Virus record (IMG/VR): IMGVR_UViG_3300021490_000001 | Span: 8,198-72,197 of that record | Reading direction: 5' to 3' (one strand) | DNA length: 64,000 nt | Origin: a virus | Part shown: positions 26,801 to 35,300 of the stretch, one piece after another | How the letters are laid out: each line of letters starts with the position of its first letter | Numbering within the stretch: position 1 is the first letter of the stretch | Notes under the pieces: generated by a model | What the model was told of the DNA's origin: nothing | The model's input: the letters and a program-made list of their open reading frames with translations, nothing else | Databases searched by the model: none | Program-made: the position numbers and the translations under genes

Positions 26801-29547
26801 GACGTGACTGCCCTTGGCTGATGTTTTCCATCTTTATATAATTCTATTTCAAATTCCGCTTCAAAGTCACCGTTTATTTTAAGGAACTGCTCCTTTAGGG
26901 TAGGAACCTTATTGGTAATAATATTTCCTTCATCTGACCATATATTTATTTTTTCATTAATTTTATGGACTTGGGCTCTTATGCCATCATATTTCTTTTC
27001 TATGTATAATCCATTTTCTTCTAATTCTTTTTCCCATTCTGGTTTGGATTTGATTACATTGATTACACTCAAAGGAGTATATATCTCTTCTTTTGATCGC
27101 CCATGAGTTGGCTTAGGCATTGTATGGAATTTTCCTAACTTGAAACCTGGGTGGGATAAATTTTTTGGACTGACTAATTCCCATTGGATTCCGATACTAC
27201 CTAGACATTCCATTGTGTAATCTGTTAGATCAGAAGCTATGAGTAGGCTTACGGAATTTTCATCCAATAGCTTAAGGACATCTTCACGTATATTAGAGGT
27301 TATTTCTTGTTTGGTTCCATCAGGGCATACCAGAAATTTAGCAGTAGCAAAAGATGCAAGATTACCTGCCTTATCGATTAACTGCCACTTTGCCTCTGTA
27401 TTATCGACCAGGCTCATTTCATGTAATCTATGGTCTGTATTTGGAACAAGTTCTAAATCCCAAATTGGGTAATGATTAGTAAATGGGCCATGAAGTGTAT
27501 CATACAAAAAATGCACTCTTGGTCTTAATTTTTCAGGAAGTGCACGTAAGATTCTGAATTTAAGTGCTCTGTCTTCATTTGGGTTTTCAGGTTCCTCTTT
27601 TTTAATAAGTATGTCTATATCGCCTGTTGTACCTTCTTTCTCATGGGTTGCAACGCCACCAACTATATATACATACGGTTCAGCTAATTTAATATTACCT
27701 TGGAAATGTGGCAAAATATCCTTGATAAATATTCGTTCTCCATCTACTTTGCCAGATGGATTTACCCGCACATAACGGAAGTTAGTTAAGTCTCTTGTTC
27801 GTTTATGTAATGCAATGATTTTATTATAAAATTGTCTGGAATATTTTTTCATTTTATTAGAGTGAAATTTTGTTCCTCTTCTTGTGAGTTCTTTGTATAC
27901 TTTAAGTCCTATGTCTGTTAATTCTTTTAGTGAATATTTTGTCTTCTGGCCTTTTAGTGCATTTACATATTCGTTTGATAGGAATCTCCAATCATCTTTT
28001 AGTTGTACTGTTTTTCTTGATTTTGGAGTATAATCGGATATGTTTTTTGTATATTGTAGATTCTTTTCTCTTATGAATGGCAGAATCGAATCTTCTGGCT
28101 TCATTGTTCCAAGATATTTTAGTGTGGCATCATCGAGTGCATCTTGATAGTGGTGCGTGAAATGTCTCCTTTCAAATTCCTTAGTTATTCTATAATGTGC
28201 GTTTACTAGATCAGCCATCTCTTTTCCGCTTGTTATACCATGCCTTAGATAGTTTCCAAAAGCAACATGGAGTTTGAAATGAGTTCCAATTACTTGAGAA
28301 TCTGTATATCCTTCAAGCAATTTTGTAGTTATGCTTGGCGTCTTGATTAAATCCTGTTCAAGATGAGCATCAAGAGAGTCTATCTTATTGATTTTTATTT
28401 TATGATCTAAATAAGGAACAATTTTATTATGAGTTGATATTATTTGCTCCATAGTCCAAGAAGCGACATGTTTCCCTTCGCTGAATTTTCTTGCCATTCT
28501 GTGTAAGTTATAATGCACTTCATATAATGAGTCCTCATTCATTAAAGACGGTTCTGTTAAATTTTTCATTAAGTAACGTGGGAATATTAGCTTATACCAT
28601 TTCTTAGAGTCTTCTTTTTTGTATGTTGAAGAGGTATCCTTTAGAACAAATCCTTCAATGGACTTATTCTCTGTGGCTTTAATTATGTCCTTAAAATTCT
28701 CATAGGATTTTATGGTGAGATATTTTACTTTTGAAATGTATTTTTTATCGCTTACCTTTTCAAGTTTCATTTTTCGCTCATATAATAACTCTTCTGTATG
28801 ATAAGTTCCGTTTGTATTTAGTATGTCAAATACCTTTACCCTTAATGATTTATCTGGTGTCGTTATGTCTTTGTTTGAAATTATCGAATATACATCTTTT
28901 CCTGTATCTGAGATTAGTTCTCCATCGAGGATTAATATGTCATAGTTTAATTGCTTTACTTCATCTAAAATGTGCTGAATTTTATTATTTGGAATTCTAT
29001 TTCCAAAAAAAGTATATGCAGAAACTTTGTTTAGGTCCTTGTGTATTTGTATTCTTATTCCATCTTCTTTCTTTTCAAGAATAAGATTAGCGAAATCTAA
29101 GTCTTTCATGTCTTCATAGCAGAAGAATTCGTTTGATATGTTGTTTATCTTATCCTTAAATGGCTTAATGGGCTGAACAAATTCTATATTCGTGCTTGTA
29201 AAGTTATTGAATGCAGGAATGTCAGCATAAAAACCTTTCTCTAAGTTGGCGTTTATTTTCACCGGTGCAGAGAACTTGAAGATAGATTTGATTGCATATT
29301 GATAAAAGATCTTGGTCTTTTGCCTGAATTCCTTTTTAAGATTATATGTATAAATTGCTTGTTGTAATTTGCATTCTTTAGGGGTGCTTAGTGAGAGTAT
29401 AGCTAAAGCATGTTTATTTTTTACAAATACTAAGTCTTTGTTTATGGCTTTTCGAGAATATATTTTGGAAATAATCTCTTCTTTACCATTCAATCGATTT
29501 TGTACAAGTTGAAAAACTGTGTTGTCTATTCCTATCATAATTTTCAC
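23803..29547 (-). CDS. 1914-aa multidomain head protein: two ATP-dependent DNA ligase domains, nucleotidyltransferase, two LigD phosphoesterase-like domains, degenerate MBL-like segment, C-terminal prohead protease-like domain
   Basis: KEDG...DGE...FDIL...EGFVLK; GGVAT...GDIDILI; KYDG...YDTL...EGAMIK...KYK; HAHARGRSVHLDLRI; QVYDLRI; GVWNG...DH...RGVSM...ALV.EPAC. Confidence 0.8.
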   Translation of the reverse strand: MKIMIGIDNTVFQLVQNRLNGKEEIISKIYSRKAINKDLVFVKNKHALAILSLSTPKECKLQQAIYTYNLKKEFRQKTKIFYQYAIKSIFKFSAPVKINANLEKGFYADIPAFNNFTSTNIEFVQPIKPFKDKINNISNEFFCYEDMKDLDFANLILEKKEDGIRIQIHKDLNKVSAYTFFGNRIPNNKIQHILDEVKQLNYDILILDGELISDTGKDVYSIISNKDITTPDKSLRVKVFDILNTNGTYHTEELLYERKMKLEKVSDKKYISKVKYLTIKSYENFKDIIKATENKSIEGFVLKDTSSTYKKEDSKKWYKLIFPRYLMKNLTEPSLMNEDSLYEVHYNLHRMARKFSEGKHVASWTMEQIISTHNKIVPYLDHKIKINKIDSLDAHLEQDLIKTPSITTKLLEGYTDSQVIGTHFKLHVAFGNYLRHGITSGKEMADLVNAHYRITKEFERRHFTHHYQDALDDATLKYLGTMKPEDSILPFIREKNLQYTKNISDYTPKSRKTVQLKDDWRFLSNEYVNALKGQKTKYSLKELTDIGLKVYKELTRRGTKFHSNKMKKYSRQFYNKIIALHKRTRDLTNFRYVRVNPSGKVDGERIFIKDILPHFQGNIKLAEPYVYIVGGVATHEKEGTTGDIDILIKKEEPENPNEDRALKFRILRALPEKLRPRVHFLYDTLHGPFTNHYPIWDLELVPNTDHRLHEMSLVDNTEAKWQLIDKAGNLASFATAKFLVCPDGTKQEITSNIREDVLKLLDENSVSLLIASDLTDYTMECLGSIGIQWELVSPKNLSHPGFKLGKFHTMPKPTHGRSKEEIYTPLSVINVIKSKPEWEKELEENGLYIEKKYDGIRAQVHKINEKINIWSDEGNIITNKVPTLKEQFLKINGDFEAEFEIELYKDGKHQPRAVTSGIIHSKEVSPDEKYLQAHVYDTLYFNGKELVKEPYSIRLEYIYKFKGKNIFHTDPIIAKDLDDVRNAIEKKSKLPGSEGAMIKMPSHIYDFDGKTDKVLKYKNEVSIFARIKKKHKVAGTENTFFYDCVVGSPKDEAYIGRTFNTNIDAKEGETIEVIVVEISQYDDKGKLWFNWWSPRVIRHRGKEDAFSIKRVKEIVQETTGTEEKKRMPKSARSLFDLEKTEEKLDYSDVYLKIPDESKTYNYVIHAHARGRSVHLDLRIQFSDKHLIGYTLFVPKGFSRDATSFEDAKELYNKEIKPIVDDKFHNPLTKFNCKLKQVEPIEWLTAEGWVEPGEIGATKKEAGQFIIVDKGTVQYGAQKSQYHEYFFDGKLLNGKFSFRELENKSEWKKTPEGYFTWMGFPSNSPPYMLTLRSINKDYVPEKGIKAIPKKLASKIPKQYQYWNYDERSKRKQIRLDLINAIKKQPFPIQKAMLIDYNISNATIFWYGTLGSGKQSKTHKLNTSALLSTDKIKIRINAGIDYLGKLKEDNPDAIILTGISPKHIGALKNKIDIPIYGTKEMEAELKRLNYPNEIHVFDRHLTLTGVKIEAIGKEATALKIDIGPCSFAYALDHSNEELLKGNGIDVLILDARNVVTQEAKTASLKTNLQNAVKYNIPNLLITNFSEESIKLEPHLESWIERLTKGRSVSMLANDNDTFGFSNEINTNALNYANSAKYVLQHRYWKGPVVIRKGPSKQVYDLRIKEPGKDTYSHFILQHNLIDTNTVAGILRHDKNIDMFTYSGELKPGHPENRTKNTPAWIRKLTSGTATILKDTSDLKQIKFTSGKLKGIYTATRQNKTWILKKDTDAPKTTAWQSHSFTIRELSKETNDTWEAIGFAPGVWNGITYSEEVVKNAPKPNGLNIVRDHSDDVIHQVGKILSSRWDDDLKAMIIKFKITNSEVNKQLATRQIRGVSMRCWTDSYKDNSNNEIAIKIIGWGHAALVMEPACDICTILY

Positions 29548-30758
29548 ACATTTGTATCTTCTATAGCCAAGGCTTTTTTTACTGCCTTTGATCCTTCTTC
29601 TCTTGTTATTAGACCTGCTCTGACTGCTTCTGTTAAGTAGCTGATTTTATAGTTGTTTATTTCTGCTCTTTCTTTTTCGTTGTCAATCGAGAGTGTATTC
29701 CACCCTAGATCTGGTATATTGAATAATCCTCTTCTTATACAGGCATTAGTGAATATTTGAAGCTCTATGCTTGATGAAACAGTCTGCTGAAGCTGGACTA
29801 TTTCTTTTTCTGACTGTTTGATCAAAAATTCGAGAGAGCTTCTATTGAGATTTTTACCTTTAGGTAATAGTGTTTCTTTTGGAACTCTTAGGCAACCGGA
29901 AATAGAATCAAGTATGTTCTCAAAAATAGGAGTGAAATCAGGGAAGTTCTTCTTTTCACCTATTAGTTTTATCTCTAGGTTATCTGTTGATGAGATAATA
30001 GAGGTTCGCTTAAAATTTTTAAGATCTTTATGTAAGTCTTCTAAGTCTTTTTCTTCTGCTTCTTTTAGTGTTCCATGAAGAGAAGGATTAGAGTACTTGT
30101 CTATGGCTTCATCTGAGGATTTTTCTGCTGATCGTTTTGAGTATAGTCTATGTAACATTGGTTCTATTAGTCCTATACCATGTATGTTATCCTCAATTGA
30201 CCAGAATTTTAAGTGCATTACTTGGTCTGGTCTTAGGATTATCGTTTTACTTTGGTACTTATTTATGGTTTGTTCATATCGAATTATTTTTCCTTTTTTG
30301 TCCCATTTGGGTTCTATCGTATCTGGATTGATATACGCTGTATCTACTATATTATTTCCTGCCCAGATCAATTCTAGATAACCATCTCCATAACCTAATG
30401 CATCCCCTATTGTTTTTCTAAGATTTGGCTTAAATGTTTTGCTTGTGATTATCTTAGTGCAGATTTCAGACTCTTTTGTAAATGCTGGTCCTGGAACGGT
30501 AAAAAAGCCTGTTCCAAGTATAGCCTGAACTAGTAGATTTATTCCTGTAAATACCATTGGATCCTTGTATCTGTAATACTGAAGATCTTCAAATGGAGCT
30601 CGATTATAGCTACTAGTTAAAAGATAGCTATTGAAATCTTCTGTATTTTCGCCCATAGAAACATAAGTTCTCTTTTTAGGCAATGGCCTGGGCTTAAATC
30701 TATTAAACATAATATTGACTTTTTTTGATATATCCCTGTTTAGAGAACTGAGCTTCAT
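29544..30758 (-). CDS. portal protein
   Basis: GYGDGYLEL, INPDTI, QVMHLK...GIGLIEP, LRVPKETL; start of the head module. Confidence 0.85.
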   Translation of the reverse strand: MKLSSLNRDISKKVNIMFNRFKPRPLPKKRTYVSMGENTEDFNSYLLTSSYNRAPFEDLQYYRYKDPMVFTGINLLVQAILGTGFFTVPGPAFTKESEICTKIITSKTFKPNLRKTIGDALGYGDGYLELIWAGNNIVDTAYINPDTIEPKWDKKGKIIRYEQTINKYQSKTIILRPDQVMHLKFWSIEDNIHGIGLIEPMLHRLYSKRSAEKSSDEAIDKYSNPSLHGTLKEAEEKDLEDLHKDLKNFKRTSIISSTDNLEIKLIGEKKNFPDFTPIFENILDSISGCLRVPKETLLPKGKNLNRSSLEFLIKQSEKEIVQLQQTVSSSIELQIFTNACIRRGLFNIPDLGWNTLSIDNEKERAEINNYKISYLTEAVRAGLITREEGSKAVKKALAIEDTNV

Positions 30759-30766
30759 AGATAAAT

Positions 30767-30786
30767 TAAGAAGTGTTGGTTATTTA
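30767..30786 (-). promoter_or_regulatory. conserved putative late promoter (copy 2), leaderless for the portal gene
   Basis: Identical to 17565-17584; TTAAATA lies about 25 nt before the portal ATG. Confidence 0.7.
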
Positions 30787-30793
30787 ATTGTTG

Positions 30794-32314
30794 TTATTTA
30801 TATAGTAATGCGATCGAATCAAAACGAGGTATCCTATCTGTTGAATCATTGTTCATTATTACCTTTATTCGTGGATATCTTCCAGCATTGATTATAGTAT
30901 GAACTTCTTTTAGATTGACTGATTCCCATATGTTTGATGCAGTGAATGCAACATAGAATTTACAATTATCTGTTTTATAATCTGCATTTGTCTTTATCAT
31001 GCATTCTGTTGGTGTAAAGCTTAATACAGAACTTGGTGAAATCCAAGTGCCTGTGCTTCCAGAAATTACAGCTAATTCTGTTTTTTCATTGTTGTTGCTA
31101 GTTATATTTGTAACATTAGAACTTGATGGATCTATATCACTACTTGAATCAAAGGTATAATTGATCGAATATTGCATTCCCTCTTCTTGAATATCCTTAA
31201 GGGCTCCTTTTGCTTTATCATTTAATTCCAATATGCTCGTACTTAAATCACTTGGTCTCTGGGCATAATTAAATGAAGTAAGCAATCCCTGTTCATTGAG
31301 TGTTGTTGTAAATGAGACTATATCTTTCCATCCATTTACTCCATCATAAGGTGAGACTACTCTGAGTTCATAACCGGGTATTTGATTAACTAATCCAATA
31401 CATCTTCCGCGTCCCATATTTTTTTCAGCACTTAATTCATTTAGTCTTTGAGTTGCCCTTACTATTAGCTGTTCATTAGTATAAGCTAAATTATCGTTAT
31501 ATATATCTTCCTTGTCGCTTGATCCGGTAGATACAGTAGTTAAATTTGGCAATCCATCGATTCTTGCTCCTGATGCATATATCTTATTTCGGATAGTCGT
31601 TGAATCGAATATATTATTCAAAGAGATTAAATTCATTGCATATGCAACATATTCTGTACTATTTTGCCTTCCTGCTCCTGTTTTCTTAAAGAAGTAAAAA
31701 TCCTTGAATGTATTTCCTTTGAGGAATAAATAACATCCACAATACTCAGCTACAGTCCGTAGGCAGTCCATAACAGACTGACCAACGAATTTAGGGGCTA
31801 AAGTATCCGCGATAGCATCTACATTCGTATATGTAAATCCTGTAGTGTAGGTATCTATTATATCCTTTATGATATAATCTCCTGTCTGTGCGCTTGTATA
31901 GCTCTTCCAGACGAAGATCTTATGCAGGTCATAGGTATAATCATAGCTAGTTAAAGTTACGAATCTACCACTTGTGCTTAGATCTAGAGAATATTTTTTG
32001 ACGGTTCCTTCGAACTGTTGAGTTGTCGCATCCTGGAAATCATAATAGATTTTAATCACTGCATCATTTTCTATCTTGTCTGTAAAGTAGCCATTCTTGT
32101 TGACTAAGACCACATTAGATGACCATGATCTAGCGTCTGCATTAGCGGATACGCTAATTGATTTGACATAATCTGAAATGTCCGTTAATGTGGAATCTAT
32201 CATCAGCTCTACTTTTCTATATGGTCTATAGTATTCACCTGGAACGAATACTCTTCCATCTACTGATTTCTTTATAGGGCTTGAACTTATTGAATTAACT
32301 GCCATTACCAACAA
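30794..32314 (-). CDS. baseplate hub / Tal-like tail protein
   Basis: QFEGTV...YDYTYDL...IIKDIID...CLRTVAEY...IRNKIYASG; downstream of tape measure and Dit-like genes. Confidence 0.65.
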   Translation of the reverse strand: MLVMAVNSISSSPIKKSVDGRVFVPGEYYRPYRKVELMIDSTLTDISDYVKSISVSANADARSWSSNVVLVNKNGYFTDKIENDAVIKIYYDFQDATTQQFEGTVKKYSLDLSTSGRFVTLTSYDYTYDLHKIFVWKSYTSAQTGDYIIKDIIDTYTTGFTYTNVDAIADTLAPKFVGQSVMDCLRTVAEYCGCYLFLKGNTFKDFYFFKKTGAGRQNSTEYVAYAMNLISLNNIFDSTTIRNKIYASGARIDGLPNLTTVSTGSSDKEDIYNDNLAYTNEQLIVRATQRLNELSAEKNMGRGRCIGLVNQIPGYELRVVSPYDGVNGWKDIVSFTTTLNEQGLLTSFNYAQRPSDLSTSILELNDKAKGALKDIQEEGMQYSINYTFDSSSDIDPSSSNVTNITSNNNEKTELAVISGSTGTWISPSSVLSFTPTECMIKTNADYKTDNCKFYVAFTASNIWESVNLKEVHTIINAGRYPRIKVIMNNDSTDRIPRFDSIALLYK

Positions 32315-35300
32315 CTCACACAGTCACTGCAACAGGCTGATATGTTGTAGGTTATATCAGGATAGGTTCCACCTGCTGTACAGCTAAAATAATCTCTCCA
32401 CAACCATAAGCCATTTGAATCTAAGGAGTCTAATGTTAAGTATCGAGTCAGAGTTTCAGTTAGCAATCCTCCGTCATTCTTAGAGCTTGTATTGCTTATT
32501 GTTTCATTGATACATGAGTTTGGCTGGGTATCGAATCTGATTGCATAATCCGCTCTATGCGTGCTAAGAGATGATATGTTCATTATAGGGATGCTCGATG
32601 TCTGACCAAATGGAGTCACATTTTTTGAGTTGCTAGTTAGAGGCATATAATCTATATTTTCGATTAATCTTGGAAGAGTAACATCGAAATTGCTCCAAAT
32701 AATCTTTGCTGTGTGAGAATTATTGCTGGCATAGTAATTAACATTGCCATCAAAGTGGGCGGTTATAGTTACATTATCATCCCCATAATAAGATATGTTC
32801 AAGTTAGATAAAGTTACATTGCCCCAATAGTTAGCAGTGATGTTTAGAGGGATATCTACATTTTTTTCGTTTTTGTTATCCACATAATCTTGGAATTTAG
32901 TTTCATTCAATTCTATTGGATTATAGGTATAATTTATTTGGATATCTGAATATGTTAGATACCCAGGAGTTAAAGATGAAAAGACAATGGGAATATTGCA
33001 TGCTGGTGATTCGCAGTTATTGGAGTTGATATATTGTTGTATACTTGTGGCATTTAGATCTATGTTTTTAGAATCATTAAAATCACCAGACATAGAATAT
33101 TCTATGTCTTCGTCTGCTCCTATATTGATTGTCACATTAGAAGGATATGATTTGGTATAGGTGTACTTATGAATCACATTATTTGCGTAATCACTGACAT
33201 AAAAATAATCACCATCATTTTCGATACCAGATATTTTATATGTAGTAATCGAGCCAAAGCAGGAATCAGTTTCACTTAGATTAGATGTATAATATCTGGA
33301 GATTCCTGTACCATAATCATTACTTTGGGTATAGATATAGTTATTAGATTCAAATGTGCCATAGGTTAGATATGCAGGTAATCTATCACTATTTAGTCTC
33401 CATACATTTTGATATGTGATTTCCGTTCCATCAACATTTCTTTTGGTAAGTTGGAAATACGTAAACATATGATATATTTCATTAAACTCCATTAAATATA
33501 GATAACCATCATCTCCATATTCTATATCATAGAGTAGTCTTGGAGCTGTAAATAGTTCTTTGATGTATGTTCCATTTTTCCATAGTAAATGTGTTTTATT
33601 TGTTGATGTTTCAGTTATAAAATAATGTGTGCCATTACTTGTAATTCCATAGGCACCGTCTATTGTACTATTGAAGCTAGTTTGATAAGTTCCATCAGTA
33701 TTGTATTCAAAGACGATTCCATTATCCCCTACAATTTGGATCCTACCAGTGGAATCGAGATTCATACCACGAGGAGTACCTACCCTAGAGATATCAAATG
33801 AGTCATTGATATTTGTTCCAATAGGGGCTTCAGCTCCAGTTAAAGTCAAATTAGATGTTTCTATTGTTGCATCTTTAGACATTCGAATATATCGAATACT
33901 TGATTGAAATTCATTAACAAGCATGGCTTCTGTTTCATGATAAGTAGAGTCTTTGAGATTATATTGATAGCTATAATTCTCAGTTAAGTAGCCTGGTAGC
34001 TCTATGTCAGCAATCGAATCATTATTATAATCTACATTTAGATCTAAACGATAATAAGAAAATACACCATTTTGGGGTGCAATATGCAACCCCAATTCAA
34101 AATTAATTATTTCATAGTCTAAAAAATTATATAGTATAATAGGCTTTGGAAATGTATTGCTAGTCCATCCAGATTCAAATCGAGTATCTCGTTCCCAACA
34201 AGTACCATTCCACTGATAAACTTGAAAGGTTGTTCTGGAAGTTGTTATAATTCTGCTAATTTCTAGTCCTTCTATACTTTTAAATGTCTCAGAATTTTGA
34301 TATAAATAACTATCAGATGAAGGTAAACCACAAACTTTAGTTGTATCCTCAATCCAAGTAGATCCATTATAGTAGTAGTTTCTATATCCTACAGCATCCG
34401 CATTATATGAACTAGTCATCATTGTCCAATTATTTTCATTGTATAAGTTATAATCTACATTAGCAGCAGTTACCCATAATCTATCATGTATTCCGCTAAA
34501 GATAGAATTATTAACGTTCCATCCAGTTCCATTCCATGTATAACCAGACCAATTTCCAGTATACAAACCAACAAATAAATGAGTATTTCCATCACCAGAA
34601 AAATTAAAGTTAAATTCCGGATTAATCCATTTTTCTGGATTATATAGCCCATTAACCAGCGTTGAATTTTCTTCCCAACAAGTACCATTCCATTGATAAC
34701 CAATATATGAATCAGAATCATAATGAGCTAATATTAATGTCCATTTTTCGTTCCCTGAGAAATTATACATTATATCTCCAGCATCATATGAATCTTCAGG
34801 TACTCCGCATCCAAATGTTTCGTTTAATTCCCATTTTTTAAATCTAAGATGCGTATTACCACTTATATTAATATATGCAGATTTAATTTGAGAGTAATTA
34901 CTTAAAGTAAACCATGCTGTATCATTCTCAAATTCATCACTTATAAATTCAGTAGTTGAATCATTAAACTCATCTAATGTTGCATCTGTAGTCCAATTAT
35001 ATTCCACAGTTCCATTTGAGCAGATATAGTCATCACCGTAATTCGTAGAATCGATATCAAGGCAAATTGTCTCATTGATAAGGTCTCCAGTAGAATTTGT
35101 TATATTTGCTTTGAGTTCTGCCACATGACCTAATTCATAATATCTATCCTGGCTTAATCCATTTAGATATAGCGTACTCACTGAATTATTTGGTATTAGT
35201 TGTTGAACGGTCGTAGTCATATTAGACTTGCTTGTGTTTTCAGTTCCATCTCCTGCCCAGAATTCTGCTGTCAGGTTATCCCAATAAGTATAATTTCCAT

